From an uncultured delta proteobacterium (GTDB lineage Bacteria; Desulfobacterota; Binatia; Binatales; Binataceae): a DNA stretch of 64,000 bases. The notes under the pieces are model-generated. The model saw only the letters and a program-made list of their open reading frames with translations. It was not told the DNA's origin and made no database searches. Within the stretch, counting starts at the first letter, position 1. Each line of letters starts with the position of its first letter. Shown piece after piece: positions 17,449-27,726 of the stretch. The DNA lies in the NCBI GenBank assembly GCA_963815255.1, contig CAWFGH010000012.1:268121-332120 (forward strand), in the 5' to 3' direction. A program made the position numbers and the translations under genes.

Positions 17449-18515
17449 GCATCGACGTCAGCAACATCCGCAAGCGCTTCGGCTCGTTCGTGGCGCTCGA
17501 TGACGTGAGCATCAGAATCCCGACGGGCGAGCTGGTGGCGCTGCTCGGCCCTTCAGGATCGGGCAAGACGACGTTGCTGCGCATAATCGCGGGCCTCGAG
17601 ACGCCCGACGCCGGACTGGTCCGCTTCGATCGCGAAGAGGCGACCAACCTGAGCGCGCGCGACCGCAAAGTCGGGTTCGTCTTCCAGCACTATGCGCTGT
17701 TTCGCCATATGACGGTGTTCGAAAACGTCGCATTCGGGTTGCGCGTGCGTCCGCGCCGGCTGCGCCCCACAGAGCAGAAAATTCGCGCGCGGGTTGAGGA
17801 ACTGCTGGGGCTGGTGCAGCTCGATTGGGCGGGCCAACGTCTGCCCTCCCAGCTCTCAGGAGGCCAGCGCCAGCGCGTCGCGCTCGCGCGTGCGCTCGCC
17901 GTCGAGCCCAAGGTGCTGCTGCTCGACGAACCGTTTGGTGCGCTCGACGCCAAGGTCCGCGAGGAGCTGCGGCGATGGCTCCGGCGGCTGCACGACGAAC
18001 TGCATATCACGAGTGTCTTCGTCACTCATGATCAGGAAGAGGCGCTCGAGCTGGCCAACAAGGTAGTCGTGCTCAACAAAGGACAAATCGAGCAGGCGGG
18101 CACGCCCGAGGAGCTCTATCACCATCCGGCGACGCCTTTCGTCTACAACTTTCTCGGCAACGTCAACCTGTTTCACGGCCGCGTGCACGACGGCAAGGTC
18201 TATATCAGCGGCACGCCCATAGCGGTTAATTCGGGCCACGATCTCGCCCGCGCTGACGGCCAATCCGCAGCGGTTTATGTAAGACCGCATCTGCTCGACA
18301 TCCATCTCACGCCCAACGGGGGAAGCTCGTTCCCGGCCACCGTCAGACACATCAATTCGGCTGGTCCGACAGTCAAGGTCGAACTGACGAGCCAATGGGG
18401 CGACCAGGTGCACGTGGAAATCGATCACGAACGGTTTCGCGCGCTGCGGCTCGCGCGTGAAAAGCAGGTTTACCTGAGCCCGCGCGAAAACAAGGTGTTC
18501 ATCTATCAAATCTGA
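17445..18515 (+). CDS. cysA: Sulfate ABC transporter ATP-binding protein CysA
   Basis: ATGA overlap with cysW; [44 protein letters not shown]-like tail. Confidence 0.96.
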   Translation: MSIDVSNIRKRFGSFVALDDVSIRIPTGELVALLGPSGSGKTTLLRIIAGLETPDAGLVRFDREEATNLSARDRKVGFVFQHYALFRHMTVFENVAFGLRVRPRRLRPTEQKIRARVEELLGLVQLDWAGQRLPSQLSGGQRQRVALARALAVEPKVLLLDEPFGALDAKVREELRRWLRRLHDELHITSVFVTHDQEEALELANKVVVLNKGQIEQAGTPEELYHHPATPFVYNFLGNVNLFHGRVHDGKVYISGTPIAVNSGHDLARADGQSAAVYVRPHLLDIHLTPNGGSSFPATVRHINSAGPTVKVELTSQWGDQVHVEIDHERFRALRLAREKQVYLSPRENKVFIYQI

Positions 18516-18543
18516 CCGCGCAGATCTGACCGCGCAGATCTGA
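18510..18543. repeat. 14-bp tandem duplication spanning the cysA stop
   Basis: ATCTGACCGCGCAG twice, followed by ATCTGA. Confidence 0.8.
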
Positions 18544-18608
18544 GTCCGGCGGACCGCTCGGCCGTCAATTCGGCCGTCATTGCTGCGCGAGCGCGAACGA
18601 GCCCGGCT

Positions 18609-18863
18609 TCACTGCCCGCGTTCGTGCGCCCAATAGCTGGTCAGCTTTCTCGCCAGTTCGTCGCCGACGTTGTAGGTCTCGATGAGCATCCGGCAGTCGT
18701 TGGCGAAGCTTCGCGCGTGCCATCTTTGCGCGAGGCGATAGAGGACGGAGAAGCTGGCATAGTCCATCACGATCAAGCCAAGCAGCCGGGTTTCGGGCAA
18801 TCGAAATACTGCTGAAAACCCGAGCAGGCCGGCGAGGAAAAAAAATCGGAGCGTGATACTCAT
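18609..18863 (-). CDS. Hypothetical small membrane protein
   Basis: 84-aa ORF with hydrophobic N-terminus, co-oriented with the upstream small ORF; no motif recognised. Confidence 0.35.
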   Translation of the reverse strand: MSITLRFFFLAGLLGFSAVFRLPETRLLGLIVMDYASFSVLYRLAQRWHARSFANDCRMLIETYNVGDELARKLTSYWAHERGQ

Positions 18864-18891
18864 TCGTGAGTCCCAAGGGCGTGGCCGTTCT

Positions 18892-19152
18892 TCACTGGGT
18901 GTTTTTCCCGTTGGTGGATTTGCGCAGCAGCGCGACCCTGATTTCCTCGACCGTTGGCATCGCTTCCTTCATTTCGTCGTCAACGCCGTCATTCGAGCCA
19001 CTCATCGCGGCGCCGCCGTTGTCGCTGCTCTTGCGCCGGGCATAACGCTTCATGCGCTTGGCGCCCTCGCGCTGTGCTTCTTGGATCCTGCTTTTAAGAC
19101 TCACGCTCGAACCGTCCCTACTTCCTTCCTGACGTCGAAAGTTCCCAAACAT
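18892..19152 (-). CDS. Hypothetical small charged protein
   Basis: 86-aa ORF directly downstream of a sigma54-like motif. Confidence 0.4.
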   Translation of the reverse strand: MFGNFRRQEGSRDGSSVSLKSRIQEAQREGAKRMKRYARRKSSDNGGAAMSGSNDGVDDEMKEAMPTVEEIRVALLRKSTNGKNTQ

Positions 19153-19164
19153 GTCTCTTCTTAG

Positions 19165-19180
19165 GCATGAGACGTGCCAA
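19165..19180 (-). promoter_or_regulatory. Sigma54 (-24/-12) promoter candidate
   Basis: Minus strand TTGGCACGTCTCATGC versus consensus TGGCACG-N4-TTGC: one mismatch, correct GG/GC spacing. Confidence 0.55.
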
Positions 19181-19304
19181 TAGAGTGATCTGACGCATAG
19201 AACTTCTATTTTATGCCTAGCGATGCATCACGGGGATTGCCGATGCATCCGCCGTCGCCGAACCGCAACGTCGCGATGCGCCTATGTGACGCGCCCCAGT
19301 GTTT

Positions 19305-20189
19305 TTAACGGCGCTTGTGCTCTTCCTTTTCCGCGCGGTGATACTCGCGTCTGATGCGCTTGAGATCGACCGTGGGTTTGGGGAATTCCATTTTCAGAGC
19401 CTCGAGATGCTCTACGAGGATCTGGGAAACCGCAAGATTGCGGAACCACTTGTGGTTGGACGGAATGATGAACCAGGGCGCAGCGTCGGTGCTGCATTCC
19501 CGCAAGGCGTCCTCATAAGCCTTCATGTAGTCATCCCAGAACTCGCGCTCCAGGTAGTCACTTTCACTGATCTTCCATTGCTTAGTCGGATCGTTGAGCC
19601 GTTCTTTGAAACGAATGAGCTGCTCCTCCTTGCTGATGTGCAGAAAGAATTTGAGGATGTGCGTGCCGCTGTCGGTCAGCTCTTTTTCGAAGTCATTAAT
19701 ATAGTCGTAGCGCCGGGACCATACCTTTTTCGGTACCAGCTTGTGCACTCGCACGACCAGGACGTCCTCGTAATGTGAGCGGTTGAAAACGGTCACCGTC
19801 CCCTTGGGGCCCACGGCCTTGTGCACGCGCCACAGGAAATCGTGGGCGGCTTCTTCGGCGGAAGGCGTCTTGAACGCCTGCACCCTGCAGCCCTGCGGGT
19901 TCATCCCTGCCATGACGTGTTGGACAGTGCCGTCCTTGCCGCCCGCATCCATCGCCTGCAGGCAGACCAGCAGCGATCGCTTGTTCTCGGCATACATCCG
20001 ATACTGTAAGGCTCGCAGCCTCTCCTGGTTGGTCACGATCTCGCCCTTGGCCGCCGCTTCGTCTTCATGCGTCGAGTGGAAATCGGGATCGATATCGGCG
20101 AGCTTGACCTTGTGTCCGGGCTTGACGCGAAATCTTTTGCTGTAGCGCACGATCCGCGATTTCTGCTGCGGCAGGGCTGCTTTATGCAT
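19305..20189 (-). CDS. ppk2: Polyphosphate kinase 2 family protein (polyP:nucleotide phosphotransferase, class III-like)
   Basis: LQAMDAGGKDGTV, FKTPSAEEAAHDFLWR, FNRSHYEDVL, KFFLHISKEEQ, WKISESD, PWFIIPSNHKWFRN. Confidence 0.93.
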   Translation of the reverse strand: MHKAALPQQKSRIVRYSKRFRVKPGHKVKLADIDPDFHSTHEDEAAAKGEIVTNQERLRALQYRMYAENKRSLLVCLQAMDAGGKDGTVQHVMAGMNPQGCRVQAFKTPSAEEAAHDFLWRVHKAVGPKGTVTVFNRSHYEDVLVVRVHKLVPKKVWSRRYDYINDFEKELTDSGTHILKFFLHISKEEQLIRFKERLNDPTKQWKISESDYLEREFWDDYMKAYEDALRECSTDAAPWFIIPSNHKWFRNLAVSQILVEHLEALKMEFPKPTVDLKRIRREYHRAEKEEHKRR

Positions 20190-20649
20190 CCTGCATGCTC
20201 TTCGACGGCGATGCTCCCCAGGCCGCGGTTGTCGCGCCCAATTTGCTGACCCAGGTATGCAGCCGCATCCCAACCAACATCGCGGCGACGAAGATCAGAA
20301 CCGCGGGTGCGCCGGAAGCAAGCGAGGTCAGCGCGGGTCCGGGACAGAAACCGCCGAGGCCCCAGCCTGCGCCGAAAATCGCGGCACCCAGAATCAGTTT
20401 CGCATCCAGGTCGCTACGTTTGGGCAGAGAGAAATCCGATGCCAACAACGGTGACGGCATTTTGCTGCTCCAGCGGTAGGCGGCGAAGTAGACTGCGATC
20501 GCGCCGATCATGACGAAGGCCAGGCTGGCGTCCCAAGTGCCGAAAAAGTCGAGGAAGCCGATCACCTTTACCGGACGCGTCATTCCGGAGATTCCCAGGC
20601 CGAGCGCGAATACCATTCCCGAAATGAAGGAGGTCAGTAACGCATTCAT
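20182..20649 (-). CDS. YeeE/YedE family sulfur transporter subunit (DUF6691/PmpB-like)
   Basis: [52 protein letters not shown]. Confidence 0.9.
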   Translation of the reverse strand: MNALLTSFISGMVFALGLGISGMTRPVKVIGFLDFFGTWDASLAFVMIGAIAVYFAAYRWSSKMPSPLLASDFSLPKRSDLDAKLILGAAIFGAGWGLGGFCPGPALTSLASGAPAVLIFVAAMLVGMRLHTWVSKLGATTAAWGASPSKSMQDA

Positions 20650-21077
20650 AAGGCACCTCCTGCCAGATGGTTCAGCAAATACACCACCAGGGCTCCGGTG
20701 AAGATGAAAGTCGCCGTCGCGACGAGCGAGCGCGGCGAAAGCCGGCTGACGCCGCATACTCCGTGACCGCTGGTGCATCCGCTGCCGAGGCGCGTGCCGA
20801 ATCCGACCAGCAGACCCGCGATGGCCAACAGTGGGAAGGGGCGAATGAGGCCGAACTCGAACGCACGCGGGAGCAACTCCTTGAGCAGCAACCCGCCCGC
20901 GAGCAAGCCCGTCAGGAAGCAGATGCGCCAGAGCGTGTCGCCCTTGACGGGCTTCAGCACGCCGGCCAGGATTCCGCTGATACCGGCGATCTTGCCGTCC
21001 AGCAACAGCATCGCCGACGCGCTGAGACCGATGAGCACGCCGCCGGCCAAGGACGCAAGCGGGGTAAAGTTATGCAT
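20646..21077 (-). CDS. YeeE/YedE family sulfur transporter subunit (PmpA-like)
   Basis: GGVLIGLSA...[38 protein letters not shown]. Confidence 0.92.
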   Translation of the reverse strand: MHNFTPLASLAGGVLIGLSASAMLLLDGKIAGISGILAGVLKPVKGDTLWRICFLTGLLAGGLLLKELLPRAFEFGLIRPFPLLAIAGLLVGFGTRLGSGCTSGHGVCGVSRLSPRSLVATATFIFTGALVVYLLNHLAGGAL

Positions 21078-21150
21078 AGGCGAATTCTCCGTGCTGCGCC
21101 GTCGCCCGGTCCCGTCTCAGGGCGCGTAGATCGCATATGCGTGACTTCTG

Positions 21151-21195
21151 CGGCGGGCGGCGGCCGTTGAACAGTTGAACAGCCGCCGCCCGCCG
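21151..21195. repeat. GC-rich inverted repeat whose loop holds a tandem GTTGAACA repeat
   Basis: CGGCGGGCGGCGG (21151-21163) / CCGCCGCCCGCCG (21183-21195); loop contains GTTGAACA twice. Confidence 0.7.
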
Positions 21196-21265
21196 GGCTG
21201 AACTCTCTAGCCATCACGCTTCGACGCAAGCGTCGCTGCGATCAGGCGAGGCGGCGTGGCACGCG

Positions 21266-22678
21266 TCACAGTGTATTGAGAAAATTCACAACGTCCAACT
21301 GTTGTTGCGCGCTGAGCGCGCCGAAGGCCTGCGCAGCCGGCTTGCCTTGCCCGTCATGCAACTTGATCGCCGTCGGGATGTCGCCCGCACGACCGTCGTG
21401 CAGGAATTGCGACTTCGCGCGAAGGCCCCACAGCGGCACCGTCCGCATCATGGTCGGTCCCGCGGCGCCCGAGGTGATGCCATCGCCGAGCGATCCCATG
21501 TCGTGCAGCAGAAAGTCCGAATACGGATGAAACGTCTGATTGGCGAGCGTGTTGTTCAGCGTCGGGCTGACCGAGACGTCGCCCGTGGTTGGAGCTATGA
21601 ACGACGCTGGATTTGACGCGGTGGTCATGCTCGGCGTATGGCAGCCTGCACAGCCCATGCTGGTGAAAAGCCTCGACCCGTTTTGTGCCGACGCGTTCTG
21701 AGGCAGTGTCGGCGGCGGCGCCAGTCCGCGCATGAAATCCGAGAAACGATCGATGTCGGCACGCCCATCCGCATCGGTGGTGTCCTCGACCCCCGTGTCC
21801 TGGAGCGGTAATCCATAGGCTTTCTCGTTGGCGGCGCATTGGCTCACTTCGTCCGGGTTGTCAGGGTTGGTGATGCCATTCTCGTTCAGATAGGCGTCGC
21901 CGGAAAAGCCGCGCAGCGAGGCGTGGTCATCCTTCCATCCAAAACGTCCGACATGCGTGACCTTGGTGAAATTCTCGGTCACCATCTTCACAGTGCCGTG
22001 AATCTCAGGTGGCTCGCTCTCGGCGATTCGTTCGAAAGTCTGATCCGAAACCGCCTCGACCAGTCCGTCACCGAAAGTCGCCAGCGCCGAGCGTCCCACT
22101 ACGCAATTGCCGCCACTGCGGAAATCAGCGCTCTTCGGATCGCAAGTGGCAAGGTCCGTACTAAAGGTGGTCTTCGCCACCTCCTCCTGCTGGCAGGGCG
22201 ATAACTGGCAACCAGGAGCGGTTATCTGACAGCCCAGCGGCTCGGCCTCGACACCCTGCGGAAAAATAGTCGTCTTGCCCTGGGTCTGCGGTCCGTTGCG
22301 CAGGAAATTATCCACCGCGAAGATATGCACCGGACCCGGCTGCGTGTTGTGGCGCACCCGGATCTCGTTGATGAACAATCCGCCGCCGCCGATCGCCGGT
22401 TGCGAATGACATCCCGCGCAAGATACGCCATTCATTACCGGCCCGACCTGCGGCAGCTTTTCGATTTCCTTGAAATTCATCTGCCCGGTCGCGAAGACGC
22501 CCAGATCCGATCCGTCTTGCGCCAGTCCCGGTAGCGGTGCTCCGAAACCGTCCAGATTTATCGGCACGCTCGCTTGGCTTGCCGTTGAGCGTGCTGTTCG
22601 ATTCGCCGGTCCCGCGTATGCGATTTGGGTCGAAATTCCCAACATACCGATCAACAGTAAAATCAATCGCCTATTCAT
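21266..22678 (-). CDS. Secreted di-heme oxidoreductase-family (DUF1111/DHOR) protein
   Basis: Signal peptide; two CAGCH heme-c motifs; GRFGWK, FHPYSDFLLHDMG, RTVPLWGL, FLHDGRA, H.G.G, VNFLNTL. Confidence 0.88.
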   Translation of the reverse strand: MNRRLILLLIGMLGISTQIAYAGPANRTARSTASQASVPINLDGFGAPLPGLAQDGSDLGVFATGQMNFKEIEKLPQVGPVMNGVSCAGCHSQPAIGGGGLFINEIRVRHNTQPGPVHIFAVDNFLRNGPQTQGKTTIFPQGVEAEPLGCQITAPGCQLSPCQQEEVAKTTFSTDLATCDPKSADFRSGGNCVVGRSALATFGDGLVEAVSDQTFERIAESEPPEIHGTVKMVTENFTKVTHVGRFGWKDDHASLRGFSGDAYLNENGITNPDNPDEVSQCAANEKAYGLPLQDTGVEDTTDADGRADIDRFSDFMRGLAPPPTLPQNASAQNGSRLFTSMGCAGCHTPSMTTASNPASFIAPTTGDVSVSPTLNNTLANQTFHPYSDFLLHDMGSLGDGITSGAAGPTMMRTVPLWGLRAKSQFLHDGRAGDIPTAIKLHDGQGKPAAQAFGALSAQQQLDVVNFLNTL

Positions 22679-22743
22679 ATGGTCTTTTCTCGCTCAGCAT
22701 TTGCGTACTCGCCTAAATCGACGCCGGGCCGGCCCAAGACAAA

Positions 22744-22783
22744 CTCCTACCGCTCCACTACTCAGTAGCGGCGGCGATAGGAG
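22744..22783. other. Bulged stem-loop upstream of the di-heme gene
   Basis: Nested pairings CTCCTA/TAGGAG, CCGCT/AGCGG, ACT/AGT. Confidence 0.4.
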
Positions 22784-23239
22784 CACTTGCCGGGGGCTTA
22801 CCGTCGAGATGACTATCGATTGAAGGACCGCAAGGCTCTTCAACCCGCCGGCCAGCGTCGGACGTTTATGATTTGCGCCGCATCAGGACTCCCGTCATGC
22901 TCGGGAATTCTGAGCACGCGCAAGGTCAGCGCCCGTCGCCCGGGGCGCCTAACCACTCTTTTTGCTGGGAGTCCTAGAACGAGGGCGAGCCGCGCCCGCC
23001 GAAGGTGTGCACGGCGATGAAGTCCGTCACGAGGCTGCCAGGTCGAAATTCGAGGCCGTTTGGATATTCACGATCGCAGCGATGTTTCTGCTGATTCCGC
23101 ATCAGACAGCTCCCCTTTTGCTGCACGGTCGAAGCGCTTCTGCAAACGCTTTGCGGGGGGCAGTCTGCACGCTCGAGAGCTCAAATGCAAGAGAAAAAAA
23201 GATCTCTAAACGAAGCAATCGCGGCCGGGTTCTTTCGGT

Positions 23240-25475
23240 CTACTTCCGCAACCGCCCGCTTGAGCTGGCATCACGTTTGGGCGTAGCCACAGGAACCGAA
23301 GGTGAGCCGTTGCGCGCCACCATCGCCAGGGATGCGGCGCGGTCGAGCCCATCGATGTCGAATACCATCATCAAGCGTCGCAGGCGACAGTCGCGCACGC
23401 CGGGCCCCGGAAGACGCCCCAGCCGATGGTGATGTGGGAAATATACTTGTTGCGCAAATCTCCCATAGCGCTCGACCAGCGGGCGGAGAGCTTCATAATG
23501 TCCTGTCAATCCAAGCGAGATCCGGCCGTTCTCCGCGTTCAACCATACCGTATAACTGGTCTTCTGGATGTGCGGATCTGACCATTCTTCAGCCAATAGT
23601 CCGCGCTGCACGGCGGCGCCCAGCGTTAGTCCTGCCGGATTACCTCCATCTGCGAGATACCGGTGGGCGGCGATCAGGAGCATGCACAAGCGCTGTTCAT
23701 TCTCGCGCGCTTCCATATCAACTGCCGTAAGATTTGCGTATGGAGCGAGCGTTTCGACTGGTATCCGATAAAGCAGTACACCACCCACCTTGAGTGGCGA
23801 GACCTTGAGCGTTTCCAGCATTTGTTTCAGTTGCAGAGATTGGGGGCGATCGGCCATCAGTACTGCGTTCACGCCGTGGGAAGCAGCAAACGCCATCCAC
23901 TGATCCGCCACATCGGGCATGGACACATTTTGCAGCGAGGACGTTACGATCGGCCAAGCAAAAAAACCCTCGGGAGCGAAGGGAAGATAGCCGGTGGCGA
24001 GGCGAAAATACATTCCGGTCTGCGCCTGCCATAACATACCGTCAGACCCGGCTCCCCAATCGTAGGGCGGCACCACCACTGTTTCACCTTTGACGAGGTA
24101 GCGCCTGTACAGCCCATCCGAAAAAAAGGGCGGAGCGACCATGTTATCAAGATCTCTGCCCCAAAAGTGTGCAGAAGGATTAGGTAGCAAGGAAGCGAGT
24201 ACCAGGGAGGCAACGGCCACACGTGTCCAGCAACTTAAGCGCACCGTGCTAAACCACATCGCCGCCACGATCGCCAGTATCAATGAAGTGTATAACAAAA
24301 TTCGAATAGGCAGCGCCTGGTCCAGCAGAGGAACGTGTTTCACCAGGCGCCACGGTAAAACGACTACCTCTGTCCCAGCCACGTGCAGCCACGGACCCAT
24401 CCCCATTACGATGGTTATAGCCAGCATCAGTGTGAGAACCTTGCCGGCAAGCGTGCGCCACTGATTAACCGCAAACCAGACCGCGATAGTCAGCAGCGGT
24501 ATGCCGAAATAGCCACCATTTTCGAAAGTATTACTGGTGAATCTCGATGAGAGGGTTCGGAACAGGTCGAGCATATAGCCGAGCTCAATGGTCTGGGTCG
24601 GAATCACCAGGCTGAGCAAATCGGCGGCATGCTCATTTGATGAACGAAGCGGCGTGTGCCTGAAATCAACGAACATGTAATACAACCAGGGACTCACCAC
24701 TACTGCCATTGCGAGGTAGGCGAGCGAAATCGGCGCGGCCAGTGCTTTGATCCGTCTTCTCAGCTCGCTGTGACCGAATATCCAGGCGACAGTCAGCGTG
24801 GCCGCACCGACAACCGTCATAGTTGCGATGATCTCGTCCGCGATCAGAAATTGCGCAAGCAGAAGTGCGAATAAAAGGAACGCAAAAGTCCAGCGTTCCA
24901 TGCGTCCTTCGATCTCGCGCCAGTACCACGTAAACAATCAGTGGTATCAGGAATACCGCGAAGCAATCCAAGTGGCCGCCAAGCAGGTGGCCCAGGACAT
25001 ACGCTGAGAAGCCGAACAGATAGCCACCCATGAGAGAGGACCAGAAATCTCTCGTGAGATAACGGCAAAGCAGGAAGGTGGTCCAGGCGCTCAATGCCGG
25101 GCAAATCACACACAACAGATTGTAAACCGCTACCGGCCCAAGCGCGCTGGTAAGCGGCAGCGCGAGCCAACTTATAAGCGGCACGGGGGTTGTCCAGGTC
25201 AAGTTCAGACCCAACGGCGCAAATACGACCTTGGCGACGAAAGGGTTGAGGTGATGGATGAATGCGTAGGGCCACCACACCAGGCACCAGATGAAGAAGC
25301 ATTGGTCGGTTCCCCAACCGAGATACGAGGTAGCGAACCGCTGCGCGCAGGGGCGGGCGAACATCAAAGCTGCCAGGGCCAGATATGACAGCAGCGCGCA
25401 GAGGCCGTGGCCGCGCTGTGTCGCCTCGCCGAGGCGGAATCGATTACGCCGTCAGCGATGGGATGGAATTGGCAC
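23240..25475 (-). pseudogene. Polytopic GT-C/YfhO-like membrane protein, disrupted
   Basis: ORFs 25367-24666 and 24937-23240 join if one base is removed near 24915 (...LIPLIVYVVLAR/IEGRMERW...). An in-frame TGA at 25454-25452 cuts the N-terminus after the GTG at 25475. Motifs GTDQ..FIWCL.WWPYA...LNPF, GGYLFGFSAY, FENGGYFG, GMLWQA...F....GY. Confidence 0.65.
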
Positions 25476-25648
25476 GGCGCGCACTATGTCAAGGGCACTG
25501 GCTGAAGTAAATTACGGCTGTGTTAAACCGTACCAAAAGATGCTTGCCTTTATTGGTGTAGCTGACTCGGATCGAACCCTCGCCAGGTTGATGGTGCCCG
25601 TTCGTGGGAAAGCAGAAGTACGCCTCGTTCCGTCTGCCTGGCGGCGGA

Positions 25649-26857
25649 TCATCCGGCCGCGGAAGATATCCCGACCGCCGCTGCGCGCTTCGCGTCGTCT
25701 GCCGCCGATGGTCCCGTGACTTTATAGAGTTTCTGTGAGTTTTCCCAGAGGATCTTGCGCCTCACCGACTCTTCACAGTCAGCGAGGCCGCCCTTGATCC
25801 GGGCGTGTACTTCCTCGCCATAGAGCGAGGTCGGATGCGGAAAGTCGGTCTCGAACAGGATGTTATCGACGCCGATCTTGTCGATCAGGCGGCGCGGCGC
25901 CGTTTGTTCGAACCAGTAACAGGCATAGACGTTGCGCGCGAAATATTCCGACGGCAGCAGATCGAATTCCGGGTGCTCTTCGGCCACGCTATTACCCTGG
26001 AATTGGTAATCCATCGCTTCGAGCACGAAGGGAATCCAGCCGATACCGCTTTCCACCGAGACGAACTTAATTCGCGGATAGCGCGCCAACACTCCGGACA
26101 TCAGCAGGTCGTTTAGTTGAAGGCCGTTGCGTAAGAAGATGTCGACCGCCAGTTCCGCAAACGCCGCCATCTTGCCGTAGGTCGCGACGCGGTTCTTCAG
26201 CAGGCCCTCGGCCATGTCGCCCGAGCCGATATGGAAGCTGATGGGCAGATCCAGCTCGACCGCCACCTCCCACAACGGATTCCAATGCGGATCGCCGAGC
26301 AGTGGCTTACCCCAGTATTGCGGCTCTCCGGTGAAGAGAATTCCCTTGTGGCCCATGGCGGCGCAGCGGCGCACCTCTGTAACCGCGGCGGCAACGTCCC
26401 AGAACGGAATCGACGTGATGGGCAGGAGGCGGCGCGCGTCGGCGGATGCCCACTCGGTCTGCCAATCGTTGTAGATTTGAACGCAGGTGAGCATCAGGTG
26501 AGGGTCATTCAGTTTCAAGAACTGTTGCGCCCCAAAGCCGCCCACGTTCGGATACATGACCATCGCCCAGATACCCATCTCGTCCATGTACTTCAGCCGC
26601 GCCTTGGCGTCGTATGCTCCCGGATGCATCTCCTCGTAGCTCTTGGGCGGATGCTTGAAACTCCCGACCCCGGCTGTAGCGGTCATACCGACGTTCGCGA
26701 GCGGCCGACCGCCTCCCACTAACCACCGCTGGGTCCCATCGGCGCCGGTAATTACCCGCGGCACGCGATCACGCATGGCCGCAGGCGCGCGGCTGGTCCA
26801 CAGGTCGGGCGTTTCGGTTACGTGGGTGTCGGCATCAATGATTGTGTAGCCACTCAT
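25649..26857 (-). CDS. Amidohydrolase family 2 protein
   Basis: IIDADTHVTE, MDEMGIWAMVMYP, QIYNDW, LPISFHIG, FVSVESGIGW, NILFETDFPHP. Confidence 0.9.
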   Translation of the reverse strand: MSGYTIIDADTHVTETPDLWTSRAPAAMRDRVPRVITGADGTQRWLVGGGRPLANVGMTATAGVGSFKHPPKSYEEMHPGAYDAKARLKYMDEMGIWAMVMYPNVGGFGAQQFLKLNDPHLMLTCVQIYNDWQTEWASADARRLLPITSIPFWDVAAAVTEVRRCAAMGHKGILFTGEPQYWGKPLLGDPHWNPLWEVAVELDLPISFHIGSGDMAEGLLKNRVATYGKMAAFAELAVDIFLRNGLQLNDLLMSGVLARYPRIKFVSVESGIGWIPFVLEAMDYQFQGNSVAEEHPEFDLLPSEYFARNVYACYWFEQTAPRRLIDKIGVDNILFETDFPHPTSLYGEEVHARIKGGLADCEESVRRKILWENSQKLYKVTGPSAADDAKRAAAVGISSAAG

Positions 26858-27102
26858 ATCATCCCTCTTTCTAGAATCTCGTATAGCACCAAGCTGCTCT
26901 AGATCGCGAACTGCGGGCGCGCCCGCGCGCCGAGCCTCAGGCCAGCCACCTGTTGAAAGTGTGGACAGTCCTCGGCGGCCCATCTACCGCAGGAATGCCG
27001 CACTCGCTAAGTTACAGTTGATGACGAACGCTGCTGTCGCGGCGCCAGTGGATTCCGCAAACAGGGCGGTCGGAGAATGCTTCGCGTCGGGGGGGAATTG
27101 AG

Positions 27103-27267
27103 ATGGGATCTGCGGTGGAGGGGCTGAAGTTGCGCAGAATGCGCGTCCGCAATGAGATCTCTTTCAGTCGGAGCACGGAGGGAGGAGCAGAAAGGAGCGA
27201 AGATTTAGAGGCGCTCCGCGAGGAACTGCGCAAACTGAGTAAGCAGATCGAGGAGGCCGAACACTAG
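27103..27267 (+). CDS. Possible 54-aa coiled-coil microprotein
   Basis: Manual translation MGSAVEGLKLRRMRVRNEISFSRSTEGGAERSEDLEALREELRKLSKQIEEAEH*; G-rich purine run upstream; below the ORF-track cutoff. Confidence 0.3.
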   Translation: MGSAVEGLKLRRMRVRNEISFSRSTEGGAERSEDLEALREELRKLSKQIEEAEH

Positions 27268-27531
27268 CCACGTGCGCCTCATTGGTTCCTGAGCCGCGCC
27301 CTTGCCTGAGCAGCGGCTTCGCGCAGCGCTATTGAACGGCTTGCGACGTCGGAAGTTCGACCGAAAAGGTCATGATTTCATTGGCGCTGGCCGCTCAGAA
27401 AAACCAACGAGCGGCGGACGACCGCAGGCGGCCAGTAGAGATCGCGGACTCGCACCGTTTCGCAAGAGGCCGGCGCGCTCAAAATTCTCTGCCCATCGGC
27501 GCGCCTCGGCTGGCCAAGGGCGCGCTCAATT

Positions 27532-27726
27532 TCAACAGCAGGCCATTGGCCTCTCTCTCCGGCTGCGCGCCTCAGCGAGCAGATCTTGCACCTCGCTGCC
27601 AACAGGTGGACCGCCTTTAATTGCGGCGCGAGCTGTGAGGGCATGCGCCTCATCGCGCAGGTCGTGCGCTTTCCGTTTGCATTCATGCACTTTGGCCATG
27701 ATCATTGCCGCTTCTGAGTCGGCCAT
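27532..27726 (-). CDS. Possible small helical hypothetical protein
   Basis: 64-aa ORF with GGGGAAAG upstream of the ATG. Confidence 0.3.
   Translation of the reverse strand: MADSEAAMIMAKVHECKRKAHDLRDEAHALTARAAIKGGPPVGSEVQDLLAEARSRRERPMACC

Noticed and set aside
25452-25454. In-frame TGA as possible selenocysteine
   Set aside because: It lies in a poorly conserved N-terminal tail with no redox motif or evident SECIS hairpin.
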